DNA of 64,000 bases from Podarcis gaigeae (taxonomy: Eukaryota). Position 1 is the first letter of the stretch. Every line of letters begins with the position of its first letter. Both the position numbers and the translations under genes were made by a program. Below are positions 50,816 to 64,000 of this stretch, piece by piece. The notes beneath the pieces were generated by a model. It was not told the origin of the DNA. It made no database searches and was given only the letters and a program-made list of their open reading frames with translations. Location: assembly GCA_964106915.2 (NCBI GenBank), contig OZ066929.1; one strand, written 5' to 3'.

Positions 50816-53800
50816 CTGGAGAGGATAAGGATTCAATCTGGAACCATCTTCAGGCAAAGTGCATGCTCTCACGCTCCAACCCCTCCCACAAGTCCCATGA
50901 GCTTCAGTCTCCAGAGAGGAAACCTCACACACGACGCTGCAACACAAAACGGCCACTCACATTTTGGCTATGCAGTTCCTCCTTGTCCATGTTTGCTCTA
51001 AGCAGCTCTTGCTTTATCTGAAGAATCAGAGCATCCTGTTGGGCCAACCGCTGCTGCAAGGCATCCTGGGAAAAATAAAACGCACCCACTTCAGGCTGCC
51101 ATCCTGGAACATTTGCTAGGAAGCAAGTATAATTGCACTCAGACTTACTTCTGAGGAATTGTGCAGTGTAAAGAACCTACAGACTAAAATGTGAAGAGAA
51201 AAGGAAGGGAGGTGCAGAAGGCAAGAGCACAGTGGCTACAGGAAGAGAACTATGCAGGCCAACCCAGGTGAACTGTTTAGACCAAACTCCAGGATCTCAC
51301 CACACTCCAGCCAGCAGTCAGCATCTCAAAAGGTATATCTGTCCCCAGGGCTGCTCAGGCAGCTAAAGTGATAAAAATATGGGCAAAAATATGTGCCTTT
51401 GGAGGTTCTTTTGTGCGGCCCAGAGTCAATTCCTACGGCCACCACTCAGTGACCACCTACACAATCCATGAAGGAGAAGCTACCATTGTGTCTTCAAGTG
51501 AGCAGAACTATACAACACTCACCTAGGAGTACCCTAGTGCCCACTCAAAGATGTAAACATCTACCAGGGCTGAAAAGCTGAGAACGTAACATTCAGAGTA
51601 TCACTATATGAAGATCCTAATCTCTGTAGCAGAGATAGGGAAGCTGTGACCGTCCCGATATTATCGACGCAACATGTACTGTAGCCTGGTAGGATCTGAA
51701 CTGCTTTACCAAAATTGCCTTTAATTCAGGCATAGATATTGTTTGAGACACTTGTTTTGAGGGCTGCTAGTGGACCAAATAAAGATCTCAAAATACTTAA
51801 ACCAGAGCAAGACACATGTAGTAAAATGAATGTGAAGCATGCATGCAATTTAAAGCCTAATGGCCCGGGGAATACCATGGGATTTGAGCTAGCTAAGCTC
51901 TGAGAACCACATTGCCCTGCAATCCTGCTGTATCTGTCCAAAGCAGGGTACATTTCCACAACTCTCCCTTCGTGTTTCTCACAGGTTTCTTCCTCCAGCA
52001 ACATCAGGTGAGGAGGCAGAACTAAAAATACCTCTTGCTCTGGAGCTGATTATCACATGGCCGGGATATAAACAAGCTGAAGGCAGCCAAGCACAGCACA
52101 TAGATTTGTTGCAGATCCTTCATATGTGTGTTGTACGCCTAGGAATGAGTACACTGATCCATGAAGCAACAACCTTCACCTTCAGGAGAAGACAGATTCG
52201 CACAACCGTTTCCTCAAAGCACGCACTGACTTTTTAAACTGCCATGCAGTGGGGATGTGATTGTTTTTGACCAATGAGTGTTGACTGCAGAGCCAGATCC
52301 CATTGCTGGGTAGACCCTTTCAAATTGCCTACTTCCACCTGATCCTCAGCACTTTTCAAATGGCAAAGGCAGCATTTATTAGGGAATCACAGGTTGTTCT
52401 TTCAGTCCACCCAGAATGACCTGTCCTCAGGTCTGGTTAAATATTTTAGCTCCTTACAGTCAATAATCTAATTTTTAAGTATCAGTTTCTCATGCTGTCA
52501 CAAATTGTTCTACATCCTGTTTTTGCCAGCATTGGGGGCGGTGGGCGGGTAGGGAATCACAATTTAAAAATTTTAGAGGTCCCCCTGGGATTTCCCCAGC
52601 CTTGCCTATTCAGTTTGTCCTTTGGAAACTGAATAACAGAGAAGCTGCTGCCTCTAACCCTACAAACTGCTTGCAGAAACCCACATTAACGTCAAGAGTA
52701 CTTGCAATCAGACACATAAATCAGTTTTTGCACATTCAGCACAAATGCAATTGCTCCTCAAATCGCCTTCACATTTTCTCCAGCTATTCTTCACATTTTA
52801 ATTTCCCTCTGGACAATCCACCAGCTGGGAAATGGCAAGCTTGCTAGGCAGCCAGGGGCGGGGGGTATAGAGCGCTACCAAAAAGACACATTCCTTGGGG
52901 GAGTCCTGATGGAGAGAGGCATTTAGACGGGTAACACTTATCTTCCTGGTTGGAGTATCTCCCCCCCCCTTACCCCACCATATATCCCAGTGTGAGAGAT
53001 CTTCAGCTACAAACATCTGTGTACATTTGGATAGGCAGGTGGGGATTAAATGTGTATTACAAAATGTTCAGAAGTCATCCTGTCGGGGTGAAAAACTCAC
53101 AAGCAGAATTCAAGGTTCAACACCTCCAGTTGGTTGCTTTAAAAATGCTGCACTGCTCACAGAGAGAATGAAAGTTGTGAGTCCGTTCCAAACATTGCTA
53201 GCAATTTAGATCAGGGGTCAGCAAAAATTTTCAGCAGGGGGCTGGTCCACTGTCCCTCAGACCTTGTGGGGGGCCAGACTATATTTTGAAAAAAATAATA
53301 TGAACAAATTCCTATGCCCCACAAATAACCCAGAGATGCATTTTAAATAAAAGCACACATTCTACTCATGTAAAAACATGTTGATTCCCGGACCGTCCGT
53401 GGGCCGGATTTAGAAGGCGATTAGGCCGGATTCGGCCCCCGGGCCTTAGCTTGCCCACCCATGGTTTAGATTCTCAGATGTGCAAAAGAAGATTCTTTGA
53501 AAAGCAAGCATGACCCAACATTAAGGCTGGGTGAGCCATTTCTGCACTTCTTCCCCAATCACGCCAAACTGCAACAATAGGCCTTAGCCAATATTTTAAA
53601 CTTTATTGTCTTACCTTTACCCCTTGCAGGCTTCTTGCTTCTTGCTTGTGCCTCTGCAACTCTTTCTGCAAGTTGAACAAAGTGAGGTTGCAATGACATC
53701 CTGATGTCACTGTCTCAAAATCAATGCTGCCTTTCCCACCTCCCTTCACTGCTCATCCTCCCCCCACCTGAAAATGTTTTAAAGAAACCCTCTTTCATGC

Positions 53801-56800
53801 TTGAAAATCAAATGAAATTTTGTACAGGACCTGTTTTAATGAGCCCGAAGGAACCAAGAAGAAATCAATGCGTGCATGAACGCCCCCCTGGGCACCGCCT
53901 GCTCCCTTAAGAACTCGACATTAAACGGGAAACGGGGGAAACCGACAATCCCTCAAAATCACTCTTTCGGCCCAGCGCTGAGAATGTAGCTTCCAGTGAG
54001 AGTCCTGGGCTCGCTGCCAACTTCTGCATGGGCCCCAGATGAGACAGACATGACAGAATTGCCTTTTCCTGAGCTGCTTTCATCTTGCCAATGAAAGTGT
54101 GAATACACTTAGACATGGCTAGAAATCTTAAGTAATGCCCCCATTAGTTCTCCAAATACAGCGTAACTTTTCAGTGTTAAGTAGGGTTCAAGAACACCTT
54201 GCAGAGTTAGGCTTCTCTTAGTTGCTGAAGAAGGGATGTTGTAACAGGGGAGAAGAAGAGAGGGTGCAGAAATTTGTGCAACCAGAATCACACGATAAAA
54301 GGGGAGAATTAACTACAGAAAGCCATGACTGCAGTAAAGCCCAGTGCAGAAGTATAGCCCTCACAGTTCTCCATGGGAAAACCTGAAAACACATGGGGAA
54401 CTTAAGCTTTCTGTTAAGAAATTTGTAAAGAGCCCTTGTGGGATATAATTTCTAGTACTAGGCATGCTCCTTCACTGCAGCTGGTTCCCACAGTCCAGGC
54501 CTGGTTGTTGCCAAGGGATGCGGTTGCCAATGACCAGAACCGAAGTGGTTCAGGATGAGCAAGGTCTGTGCAGTTTGCATGGTTCGCTTCCCTCAGTGAA
54601 TGCAAGGGCATCCTGAGGGGGCGGGGGATATCTGTGTTTCCCCAGGACATGTCCCTTGTTCCTTGTTATGCTTTATAGCCCTTGATCCCACACTTGGGAT
54701 AGTCCCGCACTGAAAATGTGTAATGGTTTGGATTTGCATGTTAGACCCCCCTCCCAAAAAGCCACCGTTTCCCTGCATGTAGCATTCAACTCCTCCAGTG
54801 TAAACACAAATGACCCAATGAGATCTTTTAAAACGCAATCAGACGAAAGCTTCCCATCTCACAGACATCCTCAACAGTTAGGTATATATCCTGTACGTGA
54901 CCATCAGGTCCACTATGCGGCTTGCAAAATGCAAAAGTAAATGAGTAAATTCAAACCTCTTGGGCCTCCCCTTGTCTAAAGCAATTGGTGGGTGATGCTT
55001 CCTATATGGCAGAGGCAAGGGCACTCCAAAGGCCAGGAGAACTAGAGCAAAATGCCCGTTTTCCAGGTAACCACCCTGTGATGTTCTGTTGGGTCTGTTA
55101 CTACAAGTAAAAATTCCCCAAACCATCTAAGTAATCTTACAGGTTTATAGAGGAGCAGGCGGTCTGTCAGGCAACCTGGTGTCAAATTGTTTAGGGCTTT
55201 ATAAGTTAGCTACAAGACTTAGTAGCTGGTGCCCCAGGAACCTCTCCCTTGCATCCTGTCTGCCTCTTCTTACCTTCAGCTCTTGATTCTCCTCCATGCT
55301 CTGATCGAGACGGCTTCGGACTATGATCTGAAGGCAAAGTATTGCAGTTATTTACCAGTGCCTGCATAGAGATACTACACACAAAGAAGAGTCTCTAGAG
55401 AAAAAGCCTTTCTGACTCACCAGCTGCTCTTCAGGGCAGGCATCTTGTTCGCAAAGGACAAACAGTCTTTCTTGCTCATCCTCAGGTAACGACCCATTGA
55501 GCAGCAAGGCCTGGCAAAGCAACAAAGGCAAAGGGAAAGGCCCAATCAGAGACCTCCATGGAAAAGCGCCAGAGAGAAATTCAATCCCGTCTGGAAAGGC
55601 CCTGTCTGGGATGTGCAACCTTGTCTGTTTCAGCAACTGGTGCCCAACAGCACAAAAACTGGATTCTGTCCTCAGATGACATTAAAAGCGGTATTTGGAC
55701 ACAAGGGAAAGAAATAAGAGTGCTGCTTTTGGCAGACCGCTAAGGCCCTTTTGGAGTCAAATCCTCAAAGTCGTAACTGTATAAACAGCAAGCTTAGTTT
55801 CCCAAGAGATATCTATTTTAACTTGAACTTGAGTATGAATAAGTGCTGTTTTGGCTACCTAAGGATCGACACTCATCTCTGAACTTTGGAAATAGACGGA
55901 GGGAGAAAGAGAGACAGACGCTATTCTAGCCCTGTGAATTTAGACTGTAATTATTCCCATTCTGCAGATCTGAGCATGAAAATAACTATAGGAGACAGAA
56001 GCTGACAGGAGTTAAGATATGGAAGATGCAAGGCAAGCAGTCTTTACTTTGCAGGCTGAACTTTTGTTTTACTTAGATCCCAGAGAGAGCACTGGAAAGC
56101 AACACTGGTGTCCAATGGCAGGGACAGTCCAACTGAGATTCGGCAAGGCTAAACTCTGAAGCTGGCAGAATGTGTGTGATAGATAACCAAGGGAGAGGCA
56201 ACCCTGGCAGAATGCCACCCTCATACACATTTGCATTCCCTATGCCAAGAGCTCCCAAAGTTTGCCCAGCAAGATATCCAGTCGGGACCAACCAGGGAGC
56301 TGCTACTGTCCTCCTTCCCAAAGAAACATGCTAAGCCCTGGGCCTTCAATCAAACCCTCGTGAACTAGAGGCTTTAAAGGGGAAAATTGACTATTCAGAT
56401 CCAATTTCCTGGACAGTGGGATCAGCTGCCTCCTCACTTCTCCTGGGAGACACGATGCCAGGCAGCTGCCGCCCCGAGTACCAGCTGCCTCCCGTTGGCT
56501 CCCGGAGCATGAAAAACCAGAGCAGGGAGTGCGTGATCTCAGAGGGTACAGTGGGCAATCGATTTTCAGCAGGGCACCAAGCAGCCCTGCTTGCTTTTTG
56601 AGCCTTTTGTGTCTCCCGTTCACTGCCGGCTGCAAATGCACCCTCCTGCCTGCCCTGTTTGATGCTGCCAACACAATGCTGCCTTTGTGCACTCATACAT
56701 AAACATTTACAATTCAAAACCAGCACAGTTCCCAGAGCAGAAAATGCTGGTGCTTGAGAAAGTACAGAGCCTTTAGCAGAAGGAACAGAGCACTTGACCT

Positions 56801-59800
56801 CCAAGCGGAGCAGTGAGGAGGAGGTGGGTGGGTCACGTAACCAGGGAGGGGTCAGAGGTGGAGGAACAAACCAGTCAGGAAGAAACACTATCTCTCATCA
56901 TTGAAGCAAGGCTTCTCACAAGGCAAATAAACTCAGTCCTTTAGAAGCCTTAGATGGAAACCTGTATTCTAGCTTTTTATCAACTGTTGAACTGATGAAG
57001 GTATTGTCCCCCTTTCTCTATGGTTTTTACTGTGTATTCTTCCCTTTTTAAAAAAATATAAAAAGCAGAATAGCGTACTTGGTATGCATTTGTTACACAT
57101 AGCCCAGACCTGTTCATCTCAGACCACACTTCTGGTGTGGGGATGTATTTTCCCAGCACTTTGCATCTGGTAGAACACAGTTTGTCCCCCAGATAAAACA
57201 TCCAATCATGATTTGCTATTGCTGTGCAGAATGTAGTTGTGCTACTATTATGGTCATCAAGTGGTGCAGAGAATGACATAAATCCCTCCCCAGCCCTATG
57301 CCAGTGGCACTTTGTGATTTTTTTTACTTTGCCGTGCCCTTGGTGATGATGTGCTTCCTGAGTGCGCTTCCTCAGCACTGAAGCATTCGTTCAACACATT
57401 TCATTAGTTAGTATTGAAAGTTTAAAGAGCAGCATGTCTCTCTTGTCTTCCCTGGGCTTTCTCAGAATTTCTAGAACTACCAACCTCAGGAATGGCTGCA
57501 GGTCCCTTTTTGGAAACTATTTATTTAACAACATTTGTATACCACTTGATTGTAAGAAGACCTCAAAGCGGTTTACAAAAGAAACAAGACATAAAAATTA
57601 TCAGTAAAAAAAAAAACACAGTTAAAAGCAAATATTTAAAGAACAATTTAACTCATCTGAAAACTAAAAACATCTCGGTTTCTATATGTCAGTATAGGAT
57701 TACCTAAACAAAAATGTTTTAAGCAGTTGCCAAAAAAGTGTCTGCCTTATGTCAATAGGCCGGGAGTTCCAAAGTGTGGGTACTACACCACTGCTTTATT
57801 ACAAGAGGAGGGGACAAGTATTACATGGCACATGTAACAGTGCCACTTCCGCAGATCCAAGCGGTTGAGTGGGCAAATATGGGGCAAGGAGCTGAACCAA
57901 CAGCCTCTGACTCCCACAGCCGTGCCTCAAATTACATACAACATCAACTTACAAGTGGCCGCTAGAAGCAAATGGGCTAAATGCAGACAGAGGAAGCAGA
58001 GCAGATACCTGCAGTCCTGAAATCATCTTCTTTGCTTCTTCCATCTCCTTTTCCAAGTGATCTTGCTGCTCCAGGAGCTGCTCCTCCCATGCAGTCTCCA
58101 AGCTTGTCGCAGGACACCTGGCCTGCTGCAACTCTATAGGAAAAGGAGAGCACGTCTCTTCTGCAAGCAAAACAATGTGCTGGTTGAACAACTCTGGGTG
58201 GCCAAAACTAGTTTCCTCTGCACTTCAGAAGGGGGACAACAGTATAGCACATGCCTACGGGTAATTTGTACACTTCCACGACTTCCTGCCATTAACAACA
58301 GGATGCTATGTCCTTAGGTGAAAATTCATCTTGGCAGAATCCTCGCAAGAGGACACACTGTGCTAATCTGAACTAACGTCTTGCTCTAGTTGCTGCATTT
58401 GGGAAACTGTAAGGCAGGCACACAGGCCACGTTCACACTAACAGTCTCTCTGCCCCAAACTGCCAGGCAGTGCGCCAATTTGCACAAGGCCCAACAGCAA
58501 TGCTACTGTTTCTCAGGAGGACAGCTTTCAAGTCACTCCTGTCTCAAAATCTGTAATGCCACGTTGGTTCCCGCATTTGTACAGCATCCTACCGGCCATC
58601 TTTTCCCGAGTCTGTCTTTTTCTCTGCCCATCTAATGCAGACTATAAACACCTTGGGCAAGGGACCTAATCCCTTCCTTCCACATTATTTAGAGATAGGC
58701 AGCTCCCCCACAAGCAGAGGCTGACAGATCTGGACAGGGTTGGGCAGAGAGAGACACCTTAGTTTTATCCAACCTTCCTTCAGCAAAGTGGACTTTTCTA
58801 TTGCTTTGCCCTGCTAGGATCCTATGCATAGTGACTTGGAAATTAGGGCTACTGAACTCAGGGAACTTTACTTCCAAATGAACATGCACAGGACTGCATC
58901 TCAGAAGTTGCCTGGTTCAAATCTCAATACAGCTATGAACTCCTTAGATGGGTCTCTGGCAAAATACTATTTCTTAGCCTCAACCCATCCACCCCCAACT
59001 GAAAAATGCTCACTTACAGAGCTATTGTAAAGGGTGGCAAAGATAAAGTTGTGGAATGCTTTGAACACTCACTAAAACATTAGAAAAATGCTACATGTTG
59101 TATTTGTTGTTGTTATTATTTAAAGAGCAAGTACTACCCAATACTTTTTAAAGAGTCACTCCAAATGACTGAGGGGAAGTACCAACCCCCATTTTCCCAG
59201 GCTCTGTTCCAGCTTCTGCGATTATGAATTCAGACTTAGTCAGATGGGGGATTTCAGGCTTTTGTTTTGAGGATCCCACCCACCCACTGCTTTCCTTGAG
59301 TTAAGGACAAAGCATCATTCCCTGTACTGTGAATGATAAAAAGGACTTCTCTGGGACTCGCCCCCTCCACATACTTTCATAGCTTTAAGCGAGTCCCCCC
59401 AAGACCACTACAAATGTGTCCCAGTCACATCATAGGTTTGAAAATTAAGCTCAAACAGGACTTTGCCTCAAATCCTATCATCTGCATGGACTCTGGAGCC
59501 CTTGCTGCAGTTTTTCATTCTCATCCTTGTTCTGGGGATCCTATAATCAGGGAGGGAAACTGCACTGTTTTTATCTGTGCCAGCTGAGACTTAGGCTGTT
59601 TCTAAGGGGATGTCAAGGATGCTTTGAAACCCGGAATGCATTCCTTTGGAATGTTGTTTTTGTACAGAAAGCAGGTGACATACATTTTAGAAATCAAAAT
59701 GCATGATCTAAACAATATGGATCATTCAGATTACAAACCTAATTACAAACTGCCGTTATTGTGTGGTGGTTAGAGTGACCAACTAGAACCAGGAAGACCT

Positions 59801-62800
59801 AGCCCCACTTGGCTGTGAATTTCACCAAGTGAATGTGTGCTAGTCAGTCTCTCTCAGCCTAGACCTCCTTCGCAGGGTCGTTGTGCAGACAGAGAAAGGA
59901 GAACAGAATCTTTTGTGCTGCCCTTAGCTCATTGGAGGAAGAGCAGGTTAAAAATCAGCCAACTGATTAAAACCAGCATGAGAGACCATGAGGGTGTAGA
60001 AACAGCCCAAACCAATTTTCGCTGAAAAAGAGCAAGGGCCATCTTCATATTTCAGAGGCAAACCCCAGGGTGTTCCACATTGAGTCATGGGCCCCTGGCT
60101 TTAAAACATCCCGGGTTTACACTTAACAAAACGCCATGTGGAAAGCTGCCCTCAGAACTGCTGGACTGCTGTATAAGAACCAGTGGCTCACCTGGCTAAG
60201 GCCAGTTTACCTCTAAGTGTGTCTGTCTCGGAGGCAGTATGCCTCTGAATACCAATAGCTGGGATCCACAGGTTGGGAGAGTGCTATTGCACTTAGGTTC
60301 TGCTTGTGGGCTCCGCATAACAGACATTATGTTATGTTGGCCACTGTGAGAACAGAGTGCTGGACTAGACAAGTCCTTGGCCTGAGACAGTGAGCTTTCC
60401 TTCTGCCCCTATTGTGCTTGCTATCTGCAGTTTTAATTAATCAGAGTTACCTTCCCACTACATTAAAAGTGTTAAAGTCGCTTAATCTAGCCAAATTATA
60501 AATTAACCACTGCAGCCCTAACCATGATGCAGAACCAGAGTAAAATCTCAGAGGAAGGCTGTGGCAGCCCAAGTAGTGGAAATGTACCTCTCAATTTACC
60601 TGGTCAGTTGTTTGTTCCCCTACCTGTTCTGGTATCTGCTTCCTCTTCACGAACAGTGTCAAATCCAGCCTTCTCCTCTGAGTGTGTTATACTGGACTCG
60701 CTCCTCGCACTGTTCACAGGGCTGGGCGATGCGAGGCTATAAGGGGAGAGGAAGGCAAGCATTATTTTCATTTCAAACTCTTATCATTCCATCGACTTTC
60801 TATGTGAAATAAAGTTAGCATGCAAAGTTTGATTACAGCAAATACTGCCCACACGTTGAGAGCAGCGATGGAGTGTAAGAGAGGGAGTGGATTACAACAA
60901 ATACATCAAGACAGGAATAGGGCGAGAAGGTAAGGTTGATAGAGCTCTGAAGAAGAAGCAGACCTACCCCACCCATGTATTCCTTGCCCCACCCCATCCA
61001 TGTCCTACTAAGTGTAGCACTGCTGCCGGGAGGATGTCACTGCCTCCACCCACCTCACAAGCCACCCCTGGTTGACAAGTTAATCAGAGGGGGACGTTGT
61101 ACCTGTGAACTGGGGCTGGTAAAAAACAACTCATTGGACAGACTTTCAGTAATTAAAAATAGGGCATAATCCATCGGTAAGTTATCCTGTGCAAGCCCCA
61201 TGGAAATGAACTGGATGTGTGCAAGAGTACAGAAGAACTCCCCAAGGGAATGCACTCCATGAGTCCGATCTCTAGCTCTCTCCCATTTTGCCCCCCTAAA
61301 TGGCACCCAAATATGCTATCTGATATTGTTATCTCACTCTTGCCTGATTAGGAGACCACACTTCTGCTGCCAAGCCCATTCCTCGCCCTGATCTGGATGC
61401 TGACAGCTGAACAAAGTGATACTGGGAGAGTTTCTTTTTCCAGCATACACAAGAAGAGTTCAGAAGGGCTACCACATACCCCCAGAAGTCAAGGAGTTTA
61501 TTCTACACATACACATCGGGAATTCTGCTTACAAGGGGGGGGGGTGCTGTTGCGGTCCTCCATATGTTAAGTACAATTCCCATCAGCTCTGACCACTAGC
61601 CCTGCTGGCTGCTGGGAGTTGCGAGTTCAATAACACCCGGAGGACAATAGGCTCCCCATCCCTGGCTTACAAACACTTCTTGGGGCAACTTCTGCCCTTA
61701 GAAGTTAGTTAGAAGTTACAAACAAAGGCTACCCACAGGATCTAGTATCTCATTTGGTCCTTGCTTCTAAGGGCCTTGTGCAACTAAAGCCTAAAGTCAA
61801 ATAGATTATTTTTAGCAAATTGTGAACTCCCATGAGGATAAAGATACCAACTTATGATCTGGCTTTAAATGCCTGAACTCAGCTTTTTTTCTTTCTTTTT
61901 TAACCCCAGTCCTCCCAGCTGCTTATTCTGCTCCAACCACTCAAACTTTCTTCCCTGTGCCCCCACCCCAAATTCTTCTCACATCCATCGCCCAGACAAC
62001 AGAGAAAGGCATCTGAAACTCACTGACCCATTTAACATGTCCCTAAAGAATTTCTCCTTGCAAGTGTGAGCCAGAGTTAATGTATCATTTTCCCAGAGAC
62101 AGGAAACAAAAGGTAGAGCATACAAAAGAAAAAGTGGGGGGAAGAGTGAAGAAAACAGAATGGATTAAAAACAAAAATAGAAGACGCCTCCCCAGCCAGC
62201 CTGCTTTCCAGATATTCTCAGTACTTTTGAGTTGGATCCCAAACCTAGAAAAGCACACCTAGGAGGCACACACAGCAGAGTAATAATATCAAAGCATCTT
62301 ATAAACCCTGACATGTTCTTAGCATGTTCGTTTTTAACTCACGGGGCAAGAGCAAGGCTTCTCCAAGCTCCTGAGTTCAAAAATCAAAGTCCCTCCACTA
62401 AATCAACTGCAGCTTGGCTGCATTCAAGATCTTAAGACACAGGTTGCCATACTACTAGCCCAACCCCAGAGCTGCAGGCAGGCAGGAACACAAAACGTAA
62501 AAGTTGTGTGTTTTGTATATCAACCCCCAAGGAATCAGTGACTTGGGCTACACTGTACCAATGTGGACTAAGGGGCTTCACTCAGCACAGCTGTCAATCC
62601 AGTCCTTGGGGATCAGCTGGAAGAGCACAACTGACACACGCGTGGATTCTCTCTGACCATGGAAGCACCTTTAGGGACCTCCATGCATAGGAGCAGTATA
62701 CCACAGAAGAAAAGAAACTAGACAGGGACCCTCAGCATTTGAGGACTACTGTTGGAAACAGAATGCTGGAGGGAGATGGACTGTTGTCCGATTCTTTAAG

Positions 62801-63853
62801 ATATCTGAAAGTTCTCTATAGCTCTCATTCTGCGGGATCAACATGGCAATGGCACTCTAGTGACTGAAATCACACAGGCAGTAGGACTGCCAACTTCTCC
62901 TCTTCTTTTTGCAGACATCACTATTCTGCCTTCGTTAAGACCTGCAGAAATGAAGCCATTTTCCTCATCACTTTATCACCATGCCAGTACAGTATTAGCT
63001 TCACCAGTTAAATGTCTGTATAACACAAAGGCATAGAAGCAGGGCCAGTTAAGAAGGTTGCAACCCAGCAGGACAGCCCCCAGTGTAGGCAAAGCAAGAT
63101 GAAGGGGAAATGCATATGGGAGATGGTGGTACTAAGCAGACATTGCTCACTGGGATGAAATGCCCACTCCATTCAGAAGGGTATTAAACATTACACCCTC
63201 CCCTAAAGCACCTTTTGGGGAAGAACGCACAAGAAAATGCTCAACCATGCTTTAAAATGCAACTACAGAAGGATTTTAATAAACACCTTACAGATGTAGC
63301 TCAGTTTAATGGCAGTTTCACATGCAAGATAACAGCTCCGTTTTACAGTTCTTTGGCCCATGATTTACCAGGGACTGCCATCAGGCTACCTCCAAAATAA
63401 ATAAAGTTACCAAGTCAAAGAGTGTACCTGAAACCCAAAACACGAGTCACAGGTCATCTCCATCATGCATCCTACTAGTTAAGTGTTGGGGTGGGGTGGG
63501 GGGTTAAGGAAACTCAGAGTCTTGCTATCAATTCCCAGGAGAATTGTGCATTTTAAAAATTCCAATTCAATATTCAACATTAGCAACACATAGAAATTAG
63601 GTCTGGGGAATTGAATCTATTTCTGCAGGATTTATGGTGCAGGGAAATTATTTATATGCATCATTCCTTCCAGGACTGCCTGGTCCCTTACCTAAAAAAA
63701 GGTTGCCCACATAAGCGTCTAACAAGGGACCACTGAACAGTCTTAGCAACCAAGCCCACATCCCCTGACCGTTTCCACAACCAACCTGCCCCCCTCTTTT
63801 AAATGACAACAGCCACTGCCACTGGCTCACCATTTGACCTGCTTCCCTCCCAT
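42170..63853 (-). CDS. DIXDC1: Dixin / DIX domain-containing 1 (Ccd1), short coiled-coil+DIX isoform, 464 aa
   Basis: Exons 63831-63853 (MGGKQVK-C), 60624-60736, 58009-58133, 55421-55510, 55274-55327, 53615-53665, 50961-51065, 49967-50020, 49550-49642, 49378-49449, 48664-48750, 48358-48519, 46501-46567, 44404-44512, 44126-44234, 42170-42250 (1395 nt in frame). C-terminal DIX domain [39 protein letters not shown]...[18 protein letters not shown]. Confidence 0.94.
43611..44041. mobile_element. Degenerate hAT-like non-autonomous element
   Basis: Termini TAGGGATGG...CCCATCCC, with subterminal aaattcg/cgaa motifs and an AT-rich interior. Confidence 0.5.
45413..45426 (+). promoter_or_regulatory. 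Candidate CTCF site
   Basis: CCACTAGATGGCAG matches the CTCF core consensus CCASYAGRKGGCRS. Confidence 0.5.
47547..48035 (+). repeat. Local duplication copy A (~490 bp)
   Basis: Near-identical direct repeat of 50140-50658. Confidence 0.9.
48138..48180. repeat. Compound (GAT)n(AAT)n microsatellite
   Basis: Direct observation. Confidence 0.9.
50140..50658 (+). repeat. Local duplication copy B (~520 bp)
   Basis: Near-identical direct repeat of 47547-48035, carrying two short extra segments. Confidence 0.9.
50782..50813. repeat. (AC)n microsatellite
   Basis: Direct observation. Another (AC)n at 50112-50136 abuts duplication copy B. Confidence 0.9.
53212..53463. mobile_element. hAT (Charlie-like) MITE
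   Basis: CAGGGGTCAGCAA...TTGCCCACCCATG with a near-perfect 8-bp TSD (atttagat / gtttagat). Confidence 0.75.
60215..60395 (+). mobile_element. CR1-like LINE 3' fragment
   Basis: ggaggcagtatgcctctgaatacc...gttggccactgtgagaacagagtgctggactaga. A similar tail lies at ~62735-62800. Confidence 0.55.
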
Positions 63854-64000
63854 GATCCCCCCTTGACCTCTGGCCTCACAGAGCCAATCTCCTAGGGAGC
63901 CTCGGTCTTCCGCAAGTCCCAGCCACGGGCATGCCTCGTTCCTTCACGTGCTCAGAATTTCTGCGCCAAGGATGTCGGCTCCTGTCAAACTAGCAGAGAA

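Overview
Eukaryotic (vertebrate) genomic DNA, most likely from a squamate reptile and probably a lacertid lizard, judging by a Sauria SINE and other squamate-type SINEs/MITEs. It is the block syntenic with human 11q23.1: SDHD (-, exons 1-3; last exon lies left of the window), TIMM8B (+, complete), NKAPD1/C11orf57 (-, complete CDS), PIH1D2 (+, complete CDS), DLAT (-, 14 exons, complete CDS) and DIXDC1 (-, complete short-isoform CDS; the long CH-domain exons would lie right of the window). I assembled the exons by hand from GT-AG boundaries and checked phase. Most ORFs in the supplied track are spurious or are exon fragments. There are two CpG-island bidirectional promoters (SDHD/TIMM8B and NKAPD1/PIH1D2) and many SINEs, MITEs and LINE fragments. 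I found no novel protein system. The most unusual structures are: (1) two inverted Tc1 left ends bracketing the NKAPD1/PIH1D2 promoter like a composite transposon; (2) a ~0.5 kb direct duplication flanking five phase-0 DIXDC1 exons; (3) a candidate internal first exon that would give a DIX-only DIXDC1 isoform.
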